DNA of 64,000 nucleotides from Tubulanus polymorphus (GCF_964204645.1 NC_134033.1:702131-766130); one strand, 5' to 3'; counted from the stretch's first letter, positions 37,795 through 51,844 are shown. Notes: generated from the sequence alone by a model not told the origin. Numbers and translations are program-made.

Positions 37795-40700
37795 CTGGGA
37801 TATTGAATTGAATGATCTAAGCTACTATCCATCCCCAAACTACAAATACAAGCCCTGGTTTGTTGCGCAGTCCTGACTTCAGTCCAAAAGTGGTCTTAAA
37901 TCTGGTTTTAAATTGTTAGATTGGCTATGGAACCAAAATGAGTTTAGACTTGTCTTAAGTTGTTAGATTGGTTATAGAACCAAAATGCGCTGAGACTGGT
38001 CTTAAGTTGCTAGATTGGCTATAGGACCAAAGTTCTCTAAGATGGTCTTAAATCTAAGCCATGACTATGCCACTGGCCTTTGAATTGGCCCTGGGGTTAG
38101 AGCTCTAACGCAGGCCCAGGCAATGAACAAAATACCAGATACATTCAAGATAGAAACGAACGTTGCTATAAACCATTATCGGTTACAATAAGATTGTGAA
38201 ACTCACGATCATGATAATCCCGTTCTGATCTAACAGATCGAACATCTTGACGATACAAGAATGACGTAAACTCATCATAACTCGAGCCTCCCACAGAAAC
38301 TGATCCATTCCGTTAATCATGTGTTGAGGATGAAGAGTTTTAACGGCTACGATTCGTTTTGGTAGATTCAGATGAGCAGACGGACGCCATTTCGCTTCGT
38401 AAACTGACCCGAATTCACCTTGACCCAGTTCTCGGACTGTCGGCGGAGACAAAAAAATATCACAAGTTTAGAAAATTGCAACCGATTTTCGAATAAACCG
38501 TGAACCGACGAAACACTTACTCAACTTCAATTCAGATTTCGTGACCACCCGTGGTTCGTACGGTTTCGTCGTACCGGGTAGATCTTCCGTCTGCTGATCA
38601 GTGCTGCCTCCTAGCGGTGATCTTGGAGGTGAAGTATCCGGTAACGGTGGCGGTTCTTTTTGAACCTGTAATTTACAATAAACAGACGCTGTAATCATAG
38701 ATTCAGTTGTTTGTATTAAAGATTTGTTAGATTCTCTCTTACCTCTTTCTCTGATGGACTCGGAATCCTAGGACTCGGCGTCCTGGGTGGAAGCCTTGGA
38801 CTCGGAGTCCGTGGCGGGATCCTAGGATTCTCTTTCTCCGGACTCTGTTCTGGACTCACGAATCTCTGCGGCCGATTTTTCCGTTTTGTTGATTCGCTGT
38901 ACACGACTGCCACAGTAGGTTTCTTCCTCGATATCGCCGGACTGCCACCAGGTGGTGTTGCCATCAGGATGCCGTCTTGGTTGCCAGACGGGGTTCTCGC
39001 GTGACCGCGCAGGGCGTCCTGGTTACCGGACGGGGTTCTGGTGTGACCTCGCAGGGCGTCCTGGTTACCGGACGGAGTTCTGGCGTGACCCCGCAGGGCG
39101 TCCTGGTTACCGGACGGGGTTCTGGTGTGACCCCGCAAGGCGTCCTGGTTACCGGATGATGGGGTCCTTGAGTGACCTCTCTGGAATTGCGGATTCCTAC
39201 TACTCGGTGATTGCGTATCCCGCGGCGATGATGCATTGTTGTGTATTTCCCGTTTTTTAGGTATTGGAATCGGTTTGCGAGCGGTTGCAAGCGGATTTGG
39301 TTGCCGTGGTTTCTCATTGTCGTTGCTCGAAGAATCAATTTCTGAATTATTCGTTGATTTTGATTGTAAAGCTACGGCAGACGTAGGATAGTTCCCGCTA
39401 CTACCGGTAGGTGGCAGAGCAGGCGGCAGTGCAGGAGAATCTGAAGTAGAATTAGCAAGAGTAACAAAATATTCGCTGGAAGTTTGCTGCATGTTTCTAA
39501 GCGGTGGGGGACAAGGTATCTGAGGGGGTGGAGGGTGTTGGATTGGAGCAGGGGGACAAGGTATCTGAGGGGGTGGAGGGTGTTGTAACTGGGGACGATG
39601 TTTAGGGTAGTTGTTTTGAGAGGAATCAGGACTACTGGCACACGACGGATCAGACGCCTGACTACTAGCACATGACAGCTCAGACGCCTGACTACTAGCA
39701 CACGACGGATCAGACGCCTGAACAGGAATCCGTTTAGAAAAAACCCGCGGCTGTTGTTTCGACAACGACTTCGCAATAATACTACCTAATAGTCAATAAA
39801 TTATTGAAGTCATTTCATCAAAATATCCCTCAGTATTTCTAGTTTGCGAACTTTGGAAATTGTTTTGATCAAAATGGTTACCGTCACACATGTTCTGCGT
39901 GCAACATTTTGATTCGTAAATTCGTCATTTATCTCTAAATGCAAAATCCTCACTGAATAAATTGATGCCTAATAACGGCGGCGCAGATCAACTGATTATC
40001 AATGAAACGTCACACGGAGAGGGATGTGTGACAGACGTAGTTGGGGTGATTTTCTCTGACCGCTCAATGTAATCCCCAATCCCCAATCCCATGTTCTAAC
40101 AGGGTATATAAACTTACAGAGAAGATTCTCCGGTGCCGGATACGGTTTCTCTAAGTTCACTTCTCTCACTAATCCGTCTGCAAAAAACAAATACATTCTG
40201 TTTATAAACAAACAGAAACTGAAAACTGAAGTTTTCGTTTTTCAACAATTTTCAAGTTTGATTGACCTGTCAATCGACACCCCCTCCCCCGCTCTGCTGT
40301 TGTTACTTACTGAAGGCTAAAGCGTATTGTAAACGGCATGGTAATCCTTCACCCCACATACTGTAGAATTCTATCAGATGAGCCAGACTCTCCATCAATG
40401 GTCCATCGTCGAGGTAGTACATGTTCCCTTCCTACATGAAAGGTATAAGATTTATAACATTCAGTCAGCTCCGTGGCAACCCGTACCCTACTGTACTGAC
40501 ATCCCTCATCCGCTGAGACGCTGAGTGAACCCACTCAGAATACTTACATGACGCCTGATCTCGTAATGATGAACCTCTTTTTGATGAACCAAAGCCAAAA
40601 CGAACCAATCCAGTTGTCTAGAACTATTGCGTACCAAAAACAAACCATCTTTAAAGCCAGCAGTGGAGAGAACTTTAATTGAATCCTACAATAATAGAAT

Positions 40701-43700
40701 ATTTAGAGTGTGAGGTGGTGAGGTGTGGTGAGGTGATGGGGTGTGGTGATGGGGTGTGGTGAGGTGATGGGGTGTGGTGAGGTGATGGGGTGTGGTGAGG
40801 TGATGAGGTGAGGTGGGGTGAGGTGATGGGGTGCGGTGAGGTGATGGGCTGATGAGGTGGGGTGAGGTGATGGGGTGCGGTGATGGGGTGCGGTGAGGTG
40901 GGGTGAGGTGATGGGGTGCGGTGAGGTGATGGGGTGTGGTGAGGCTGGTCTCATAAAACAGGGATCCGTTACCTTCCTAGTGAGATCACCGTGCAGCCAG
41001 TCCTGTTTGAGAGTTCGCGCCGCAGGCGATTTATATTTAGACAATAATTTAGCGCAGTTTTTGTGTTTATATCTGAGAGCTGTTTGATACGGAGTCATTT
41101 TCTCTTGATCTTGAGGCCAGGCTGGAGCCTGTACAGACAGCAGTGCCTGAAAATACACCCACAATTCAAAACCCCGATGATAAAATGATTGATACTTATT
41201 GTTTCTCATTTCTGCTGAGTTTAAAAGTTGACCCAGCCGGTCGCCTATCTACCCTGTACAATACCTATTTTTAACAAAGAAATCATGATCAATCTAATAA
41301 TAACAGAACCGGCAGTTATAGAAATGAACTGATTACAGTTCACAAAATGACTCTTAGGCCAATTAGGAGGAACAAGGTATCAATTTATTTTAGCATCAAC
41401 TTCAATAACTTTGAGGTCAGTTTTAACTTTAACCAGAGATGAATTGATGATGATGATGATGGTGGTTCATTTATATAGCGCCCATTCCACAATGTTCATA
41501 GGAGCTCCTCGAAGATCATTATTATTCTGGGCTGGGTTTCATAGATGTGGAAGAAAAATAATCCCTGGGAAGATTATGAAATTCATCAGTTATATCCACG
41601 GTTTCTCATTGTAACTATGGTGGTTGTCACCCAGATTGAGGATTTACCCCTAGGGATAACTTTGATACTCAGTCTATGAAACCGGGCACAGGACCTTAAC
41701 TGGCATAGACTTTCATCTTACTCTTCCTGTGGAGATTGTAGTTCCTGATCTGGACTTCTGCTATATGTCTGTATTCAATGTAATTAGCGTAACAAACCTG
41801 AATACATTTCACGTGTCCCAACATGGCCGCCTCGTGTATCGGTTGCATTCCGTTGAGGTGACGTATTTCAATCGGGCTCGCTCCACCGCGTATCAACAGT
41901 TTAATCATACCGGGGAAATCCCCGGAACACGCGCGGTGTAACGGAGTATAACCGCTACTATCTCGTATGTTAGAGTTGGCTCCTTTACGCAGGAGCAGTC
42001 CGGCGATCGTATCATCCCCTCGATACGCGGCATCGTGAAGAGCTGTCGAACCTGAATTATAAATTAACATCCTCAACTCTAATTCTACCTCTCCAGCCTC
42101 TTGAAACCCCAAACCTGCTGAATATGCCCAGAACTGTCAATTGCTTTTCTTCAAAATTCAGTTTAATCCAAAATTGTTAGAGGAGTTGATATCATTGTTG
42201 TAAAACTTTTCAGATTGTATTTCTTACCTTTGGAATCTTTCGCGTTGATGTCAGGACAAAGAGGGTCGTTCAATATCTCTTTAGCTACGTTTACATTACC
42301 TGAAAATTGAGAAAAAATAATAAAAGGACCAGTTGCTCAAAAGTTGGTTAACCAGTTGCTCAAAAGTTGGCTAGTTAACCAGTTGGTTAGAGTTAACCAG
42401 TGGATAGTCGACATAAGCTCATGGTATTCATCCACCAGTTATGTTTAGCCAACTTTTTAGCTGGCCCCAGATTTCTTGATTAGATGGATTTAGAATTAAC
42501 CAGTGAATAGTTGACCTAATTACCATCAAATATTTATTGTAACTAGGATATTTATCTTAAAAGAACTTTTTGAGCAACTGCAAACTGCAGCCCTTGATTT
42601 GTTGATTACATTTAAACCGAGCTGAAGTTAGAACAGGTCTATATAAAACAAGGTGAATTTCAATCCACCCGCTTCATACCTTCATATACAGCCTGATGTA
42701 GAATATTAGTCGGGCCGTATCTGCGTAGTCCAGGAGGTGGCGCCGTATTACGACTGAATGCCGTTAGTTTGTGAGCGAGGCCTCGGTTTTCAATCTTATA
42801 ATGATCAATGACTTTCTCAATTCCTGCACGAAACAACAAAAACAAAACAATCAGAAAATTCTGATTGTAAAACTGAGATTTTAAACGATTGTGCAAGATT
42901 TTTCCGACCGTGTATCACGGGACTGTTGTTGATTGTGAAAAATGCATCTCCGATTTTAGAAATTTGATAATGAAAAAATTGTTCATCGTAACAGACGGAT
43001 AGAACCAGCGACGACTGACGCCCGGAGTCGGAAACACTTTCTCGTACCAGATACAGACCATTAAGCATTCCATCTAGAAATAAAAACATTGATTACAGCA
43101 AAATATTCACGAGATAAATAACAGAAAGCCAGGACGAAAACAAAAGCAGTTTAGATCTTGTTTCCACAATGTCTCAGTGTTGCTAGTAAGTGGTACTGAT
43201 GGTGGAGAGGTTTGGGGTTTCAGACTGACTGAGTTCCCTGTTAGCCTAAAACCTAGCCATTATTCCCTAAACAATGATGTTGAAGGGTAACCCGTTAAAA
43301 CAACTGGTATGTAGACCAGGCTCCCTGTCCGCCAGACCCTTGGCATTGACAGCAATCTACTCTTACCACATTTGAATGTAGATTCAGGCTAATTGGTCTT
43401 TTTGGATAAAGGCTTGCCCCCTGCTGCTCACTGGGCCCCCAGTCAAATCTTACCACGTCAAGATGATCTGGTTTCTGACTCTGATCTGGATAAAAGCCCA
43501 TCCTTAATCTTGTACCTAGCGGTCGTTACCCAAACAACAAAACAATAAAAGGTTGTAGGGGAACCAGTAACAACGACTGTTATTCAGACTAGCCCATCCC
43601 CTGCTGCCCACCGACCCCCGTATCCATAGGGACTTGTCGCAACTGATAGGCCTAGTCAATGACCAACCCCAGTATCAATGACCAACCCCAGTATCAATGA

Positions 43701-44081
43701 CCAACCCCGGTATCAATGACCAACCCCAGTATCAATGACCAACCCCGGTATCAATGACCAACCCCAGTATCAATGACCAACCCCGGTATCAATGACCAAC
43801 CCCAGTATGTGCCCCGTGGACTGAATCTTCTTACCACGTTTGAGAATAGACTCTGACTCGGATCTCGATAAAGGCCCATGAAACCATTCGTAATCTTTAT
43901 TCGCCGCTTGTCGTTTATTAAAATCATCCAGTAAAACATCGTCTAATCGTCGAGTAAGTAAATCGTGGGTTAATCCCCCGACTCCGCCGGTGCCAGACTC
44001 TGTCTCCGCCGATCCCATCGATTCATTGTCGACTGTATCGTATAATAATTCAGAGGGAACGTTCACTTGTAGCGCCATCAT
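35978..44081 (-). CDS. Shark: Shark/HTK16-type tyrosine kinase (SH2 - ankyrin repeats - SH2 - Pro-rich linker - kinase), multi-exon
   Basis: SH2 ([16 protein letters not shown]), ankyrin repeats (TALHDAA, TPLHRAC, PIHEAA) and a second SH2 ([12 protein letters not shown]). Kinase motifs [47 protein letters not shown] and SDVWSYG. Confidence 0.92.
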
Positions 44082-44583
44082 TCAACAGATAAACTAATCC
44101 TTTAATCCGATTAAACACTTTCATTCACTGACAGCGCCATCCATAAGTCATAAACTCTGTTTTATTATCATTATTTCAGACTTCTATTCAACAAAATGTA
44201 TTGTCATTGACACTTCCGGGTTCACCGCAGTCGCAGACCGGCAGGTGCTGCCACCTGTCTGCGATTCTCATGAACCGGCTGGTGCTGTCACCTAGGGTTA
44301 GCAATTAGGGTTAGGGTTAAAGGTTAGGATTAGGGTTAGGACACGTCACTCACAGCAATTTCCCTTCCCTGCCCGCTGGCTGATAGATGAGGGTCGAATC
44401 CTGAATTATTCTCAGCCTAATATTCTTCAAATCTATGAAATATAGACATTTTCTTCCATTAAAATTGAAATTGTTACTTGAAATATGATTTTGATCTATA
44501 ATTCTGACATAGGTAAACAGTCTCGCCCGATTTCTTCTGTTGAGGTAAAATTGTACAGCGTTTACTTTAAGTAGGAATCCAAG
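44082..44583. promoter_or_regulatory. Compact bidirectional promoter region, Shark/SELENOT
   Basis: Head-to-head start codons ~500 bp apart; ETS-like ACTTCCGG at ~44212. Confidence 0.5.
44295..44340. repeat. Short degenerate (TTAGGG)n tract
   Basis: ttagggttagggttaaaggttaggattagggttagg. Confidence 0.7.
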
Positions 44584-45656
44584 ATGGCTGACTTGAGCCA
44601 TCTCGCGATGGTCGGCGCGCTCTTAGTTTTAGGTTTATTTACCTGGAACGACATGAATCGTTCCGTAGCGATGGACCCGAAACTCGAGAAAGACATCCCT
44701 AAACCAAAATTCGCATCATTCGCTGCTCCAACCATCAGAATACTTTACTGGTAAGCCGAAATCAAAATTATAAATCAATTTTATTGACGATTCATCATTC
44801 ATCATAAATACGCAATTTACTGAAACGATTTAATATTTATTGTTTTTGCAGTTATTCCTGAGGGTACCAGAAGGTCTTCGACCAATTTTCCCAACTCCTC
44901 CGTGAAAAGTACCCCTCCCTGGCGGTCTCCGGAGGAAATTTCCCCCCTCCCACCTTCAAACAATACGCCTCACAAGCTCTCGGTATTTTGAAACTGATTG
45001 TGATAGGACTGGTTGTGAGCGGTTCGAATCCGTTTATTTATCTGAATACGGACACACCGAGAATTTTCAGTTGGGCTGTCGAAAATAAGGTACGTATTGA
45101 TTTAATGGATGCCAGAAATAAAAATCCTAATAATTGATAGGCTCTGATAATTTAATATAATTGATTCTTGGATAAAGTGATAATTTGAAAGAATTCTCTA
45201 GAAATAGAAATCCAACTATGCTTAAAATTTTAGTCAGTTTTACATATGAAATAGTGATAATTTATTTCTTTAAGGTTGAGATTAGAAGCTTTTGACCACC
45301 AACAAAACCAGTTAGATTTGATGACACAATTCTTATTAGAAATGAAATAAAGTTAAAAATGAATTATGTAGAATTAGAAATCCAGCGATGGCGGCCATCT
45401 TGGATCGTGTGCAAGACATCAGTTAATCTAATAACAAACTCATTTTAATGATTCCGTTGTTTCCTAGGTTTATGCTTGCATGATGGTATTCTTTATCTCA
45501 AACGCTATCGAAGGTCAGCTACTCTCGACCGGAGCGTTCGAGGTCGCCTATAACGACGTTCCCGTCTGGTCGAAATTAGAAACCGGTCGAATTCCGTCGC
45601 CGCAGGAGATGTTTCAGATTATCGATAATCAAATAGCCATGTCTCAGAGAACGTAG
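44584..45656 (+). CDS. SELENOT: Selenoprotein T (thioredoxin-like), 197 aa, Sec-TGA at 44859-44861; exons 44584-44750, 44852-45089, 45468-45656
   Basis: Signal peptide, ILYCYS-U(TGA)-GYQKVF (CxxU), GGNFPPP, WAVENKVYACMMVFFISN and STGAFEV..VWSKLETGRIPS. 594 nt in frame, with a downstream SECIS. Confidence 0.95.
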
Positions 45657-46343
45657 CACAACCTCGAGCAACGTACAACAGCTCGGATATCTGTAAGTTT
45701 TACTCAAACCTCATCGTTCCATAAAACTACCTACAGCAGATCGTCTAAATGGGTGGCTCCAGGCTTCAGATTGTCTGAAGGGTTGGCTCCAGGCTACTGA
45801 CTATCTATAAGGGTGGTTCAAGGCTTCAGATTGTCTGATGGGTGGTTCCAGGCTACTGACTATCTATAAGGGTGGCTCCAGGCTTCAGATTGTCTGATGG
45901 GTGGTTCCAGGCTTCAGACTGTCTGATGGGTGGTTCCAGGCTTCAGATTGTCTGAAGGGTTGGCTCCAGGCTACTGACTATCTATAAGGGTGGCTCCAGG
46001 CTTCAGATTGTCTGATGGGTGGCCCCAGACAACAGATTGTCTAATGGGTTGGCTCCTCTAGGATGATCTAGGGGATAGTTCTAGGCTGCAGGTTGCCTAA
46101 GAGGGTGGTTGTCTGAAGAAGTGGGTCTAGGCTGTAGATTGTTTGAACGGGTGGCTCCAGGCTGAAGGGATGGCTCCATACTGCAGTCTGATATCTATTT
46201 GAGACTTAAAATATCGGTTTCTCTGAGGATATTAAATATCAATCCTTTCTCTTCATTTCAGCTGTGTAAAATGTAAGGACAATTTGATATATCGAGATTT
46301 AAAAACGACTGATTCGAGATATCGATCCGACTCGTTATTTAAA

Positions 46344-46424
46344 CGACCACGACTTCATGAAGGTAACTCTATAAACCGGATCATCACGACCGGCTGGAAA
46401 TACCGGATCAACCGTCGCGCGTCG
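46344..46424 (+). promoter_or_regulatory. Eukaryotic SECIS element (type II) in the SELENOT 3'UTR
   Basis: Lower stem cgac..gtcg; core ATGAA (46357) paired with GGAT (46405); stem ggtaactcta/tggaaatacc; unpaired AAA (46373); apical mini-stem ccgg/ccgg. Confidence 0.88.
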
Positions 46425-47959
46425 ATATATTAAACGGAGTCTATCGATATTCGATAATCGCTCGATAGTTTATATCGCGATATATCACACACACGCGTTA
46501 CACAGAAATATCAACAATAGAGGGAGCCACCATCACAATCCACGAGAGGGCGCTATGCATCACAGTCCACTGAATTTGTCTTATAGAGGGAGCTAGAGTG
46601 GAACCCCGTTATGACGAACGCAGGTTTAACCATTTCAGTGCTGACTAATTTATACCGGAAAGTGTTGGAGATAATTTGAAAAAAAATTCCACCCTAGTGT
46701 GTTGAATAATGGGAATACCGCTATAGTGTGTCTACACCGCGGTGCAGTGTATCGTTAGTTACTAGTATTTCACTATGTTTGACAGGTGCTGCCATCTTTG
46801 AATAGAGATAAAAACTACTTACTAATTACATCAATACACCGCAGTGTGGTGTACTAGCAAAATCTTTCACCGATTTATACACCGCACTGCGGTGTAGATG
46901 CACTGAAAGGGTCGATGGTTTATCGAATAACACAAACTTGTGCTCTGAATTTTGTTGTAACGAGGTTCCACTTACTTCTACGAAACACCACATGGGGGCG
47001 ACACTATCTTATTCTTACCGTTCACATATTTGAAACGAAAGATTGTAAATATTATTATTATTATTATCGAGAGATTCGTTCAATTGTTGTAAATTGTGAT
47101 CGAGGAGTTGAGAAAATCTGATCTGATGTCGACGTGTATTTTATACTTATAAAATGTTTCGTAACAAAATAGAAAAACATCTTTGAAAGAATCGACTGTG
47201 AAATATTTCCGGTGAAACAAAATAACTGCGTATTAGCAAAAAACAACTTTTATTTGAAAAGATTTAAAACTAATAGAATGTTAGTGGTTGATTAAAACGC
47301 CGCAATCTGCGTTAAACTGGAGATCAATTAAGAAATTCCACTATAGAATTTTATATGATTAAACTTATTAAAATGAAACCACAATATTTCAACCAACATC
47401 AGGTGGAATGATTCATTTTAATAGAGATCATATGAAATTCTATTGTGGAACTTCATAATTCATATAAGTGTGATACATGTATAATGAGGATTCGATGGAA
47501 CATACGTTAAAACTTACCTAACGCTGTCTAAACTCTCGAGTAAAGGATCAGAAAATGCTTTCAGGAGATCAGAAAAATGATTTCGTTTTCGTCCCGGTCA
47601 GACATTGGAATCAGTCACGTCTGAATGAGGTCGAAGTTTAAACCATCACATCAAAATAATGTTTAAAATCCGCGTTTATTTGTTTAAATTATTTCTGAAT
47701 TTTTCCTTGTTTTAATATCGTATTATGAAATGTTGGTGTTAGGGGAATATTTTATACTCATTTCACACGTGTTATTATTTTTCCGACTATTGAGTTATTA
47801 CCACGACGACCAGTCAGTACGTTACCGTAGAAACGATGTATTTACATGTTGTGGTTCAACACAGAATGAAAATCCACGAAATAAATTTGATGAATGTGAA
47901 AATAAATGGATGTAATAAAAATCAAATTGATCGTAGTTGAGTCTGTTTATTGAGGTTTA

Positions 47960-49430
47960 TTTATGTTCACCAGGTGGCGTTGGATATTTTCATAACAGTA
48001 CAATTAGTAATTATTACATACCTACATGTATAATTCTGTTTATGTTCACCAGGGGGCATTGAGGATAGCCCTCACTGGTTGCTGTTTATGTCCACCAGGG
48101 GGCGTTGAGGATAGCCCTCACTGGTTACTGTTTATGTTCACCAGGGGGCATCGAGGATAGCCCTCATTGGTTGCTGTTTATGTTCACCAGGGGGCATTGA
48201 GGATAGCCCTCACTGGTTGCTGTTTATGTTCACCAGGGGGCATCGAGGATAGCCCTTATTGGTTGCTGTTTATGTTCACCAGGGGGCATCGAGGATAGCC
48301 CTCATTGTTTGCTGTTTATGTTCACCAGGGGGCATTGAGGATAGCCCTCACTGGTTGCTGTTTATGTTCACCAGGGGGCATTGAGGATAGCCCTCATTGT
48401 TTGCTGTTTATGTTCACCAGGGGGCATTGAGGATAGCCCTCACTGGTTGCTGTTTATGTCCACCAGGGGGCATTGAGGATAGCCCTCATTGGTTGCTGTT
48501 TATGTTCACCAGGGGGCATCGAGGATAGCCCTTATTGGTTGCTGTTTATATTCACCAGGGGGCATCGAGGATAGCCCTCATTGGTTGCTGTTTATGTCCA
48601 CCAGGGGGCATTGAGGATAGCCCTCATTGGTTGCTGTTTATATTCACCAGGGGGCATCGAGGATAGCCCTCACTGGTTGCTGTTTATGTTCACCAGGGGG
48701 CATCGAGGATAGCCCTTATTGGTTGCTGTTTATGTTCACCAGGGGGCATCGAGGATAGCCCTCATTGTTTGCTGTTTATGTTCACCAGGGGGCATCGAGG
48801 ATAGCCCTCATTGTTTGCTGTTTATGTTCACCAGGGGGCATTGAGGATAGCCCTCATTGTTTGCTGTTTATGTTCACCAGGGGGCATTGAGGATAGCCCT
48901 CATTGGTTGCTGTTTATGTTCACCAGGGGGCATTGAGGATAGCCCTCATTGTTTGCTGTTTATGTTCACCAGGGGGCATTGAGGATAGCCCTCATTGGTT
49001 GCTGTTTATGTTCACCAGGGGGCATCAAGGATAGCCCTCATTGTTTGCTGTTTATGTTCACCAGGGGGCATTGAGGATAGCCCTCATTGGTTGCTGTTTA
49101 TGTTCACCAGGGGCATCGAGGATAGCCCTCATTGGTTGCTGTTTATGTTCACCAGGGGGCATTGAGGATAGCCCTCATTGTTTGCTGTTTATGTTCACCA
49201 GGGGGCATCGAGGATAGCCCTCATTGGTTGCTGTTTATGTTCACCAGGGGGCATTGAGGGTAGCCCTTATTGGTTGCTGTGTACGTTTACCAGGGGGTAT
49301 TGAGACAACCCTTATTGGTTGCTGTTTATGTCCACCAGGGGGCGTCTCGAAGTGGATACTTTTTCATACATATCCTATGACTGTGGCATGGCTGACCAGT
49401 CGTGTTTTTGTCCACCAGGGGGCAGTGAAT
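47960..49430. repeat. 46-bp minisatellite, ~29 units, each with (C/T)CACCAGGGGGC
   Basis: (TTTATGTTCACCAGGGGGCATTGAGGATAGCCCTCATTGGTTGCTG)n. Confidence 0.95.
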
Positions 49431-51279
49431 ATTGGGAGCAAACGTGAAGCACTATTTCCCAAATGAATGAAAGAGTTCCACCAATCGCTACAAATAGTTT
49501 GAAGTCTTCGTTGTTTGAGAGGAGGCTGGGGAAGTAACAGGTCCTCCAATCATAGTACGACAGTAAGACCGGTGGCGCCATCTATCCAGTCAGTGATCGA
49601 TAAAACAAATTTCTTCTATACCAAAAAAACCTTTTATTTACTCATTTAATCAGTTTTAAAACTACACTATTAAAGGAGATTAAATACAAGCTAAGAGTAA
49701 AATTAATCTTGACATTAACCCCCCCCCCCTTAAAAACATACATAGTATTATATATACAAGAGAGACTTACGAGAATATAAAAATTGAAATAATTACGAGT
49801 TGTTACTAAAAATCGGTTTCTTATCGTCTTATAAAATGTGTTTTTACTCTTGAGTGGAATCCGAATACTGCATGCGATTAGCGCCCCCTATCGGCGATTT
49901 CGTGAATTAGACAATTTAAAATTAATCCTCGCGCGAAGAGCGTTTAGTCGAGCTGCACCCCCTGGCGAGTAAATATTTCGTCGTAGTTCAGTTTTTAGAA
50001 CACGGAAAGCGTTATAAACAATCAACACACTGATGACAAAGCAACAATGAACACTTCATAAAACAATTAAACCTAGAGTAGTTTTTAATCCAGGATTTAC
50101 ATAATCTCAGAGACAGGGGCGAAATATATAAAACAAAAAAAAAAACAATTTTGATTTAAAAGGTTTAAAATCTGTTATTGGGGGCCATAATAATTTCTCG
50201 TTAAAATTTCATCAATTTGATCTTCAACTCGTTAAGACATAATCAACAATTATACAAAATAAGCAGAATACAAAATTAGAAATAAAAACTAAGTAAGAAC
50301 CAGAACTTCTGCTGCTGCGGCTGCTGCTGCATCTGCTGCTGCTGCTGCTGTATTACACCAGAAAATGATGATTTTAATTGTAATTTATAAAAAATCATTC
50401 AAAGAGCACCATTCATATCTAACCAACCGCATCTTTATCAATTTCATTAAAAATTGATTCAAATATTAATCAATTTTCTCAAATCTAAAAAACACTAGGA
50501 TTCTACATATCTTCATTTCTACCATGATATATCATATCATACTGCGATACAACAACCATTTGATATACGATATATCTTATCACGATATATCGTACTATGA
50601 TATCATACCACCATATCTCATACTGTGATATATCATGTTACCCTATCTCGTACTCTGATATATCGTTATCATCCCAGTTGATATTTCAAACTCTTTGAGA
50701 GGAATTATCTGTATTTACAATATTCTATTACGACTAATTACTATGCTGTATATTTTACACCCCTGTTGTTGATGCTTGTTGCAGTTTGTGCGACGACAAC
50801 ACAATTCTAATTAATCAACACTAAGACAGTTTATTCAAATTCTACCCGAACGACCCCCGTGGTCCAATCTCTATCTCCCACTACCCTTTGAAATCCCGCC
50901 CCCCGAGTTACGATGCCATCTCTCTCTCATTTACTGGTATATATATTTTTGCTCGTCAGCCAACTCCACTTATTTTTTTTACGATGTTGTTTGCGATGTT
51001 GAGACGTCGATGTCCGGTTTAAATCTGTAATTTCAACCACAAAAACAAAATCAATTTCACCCCCTGGCAGGTGAGGGCCGTATTATAATTGAAATAATTA
51101 ATATTAATGAATCTAACAGCTATATGACTATACCTGGTACCGCGTCGCCCCCTAGTGAGGATACACTATCGCCCCCTATGTGCCACTTGGTGCGTCCTTG
51201 CTTTTTATTCTTACCTGAGGGGAGAAAATAACACTTGCTTAAAATCGATTCGAAACATGTTTGATAAAACCAGAGCCGC

Positions 51280-51545
51280 GGGCATGGAGGACCTAGCGCC
51301 CGTGGCTGGGCACTACGGGCATGGAGGACCCAGCGCCCGTGGCTGGGCACTACGGGCATGGAGGACCCTGCGACCGTGGCTTGGCACTACGGGCATGGAG
51401 GACCCAGCACCCGTGGCTGGGCACTACGGGCATGGAGGACCCAGCACCCGTGACTGGGCACTACGAACCCTGGCCCACTGCTGGGCTCTACGGTGTGGAC
51501 CCTGCCCCACTGCTGGGCTCTACGGTGTGGACCATGCCCCACAGC
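51280..51545. repeat. ~37-bp GC-rich minisatellite
   Basis: (GGGCATGGAGGACCCAGCGCCCGTGGCTGGGCACTAC)n. Confidence 0.85.
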
Positions 51546-51844
51546 TGGGCTGCTAGATATCGATTCCTCTCACTTGCCAGAGTAAGAAAACCACACCATT
51601 GTTTTGACGTTACATTGTTAACAACGTTTCTGAATTTACAATATATATCAGTGATATATTGAGCTGCATCTATACTCTGTTACACCGTTCTCACACCTTG
51701 TGTGATGTGATGACATTTACTCAAAACTAATTCAACAAAAATTAAAAATTTTTTCAAAAGAAATGAAATCTCATTATTTTGGCTAAAAAAGCAGTTTGGT
51801 GTAAAACATTGATAGTAAAAGAGACAATAGCAATAATGACATTA

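Noticed and set aside
47960-49430. CRISPR-like regular array
   Set aside because: Units are contiguous without unique spacers, there are no cas genes, and the context is eukaryotic.
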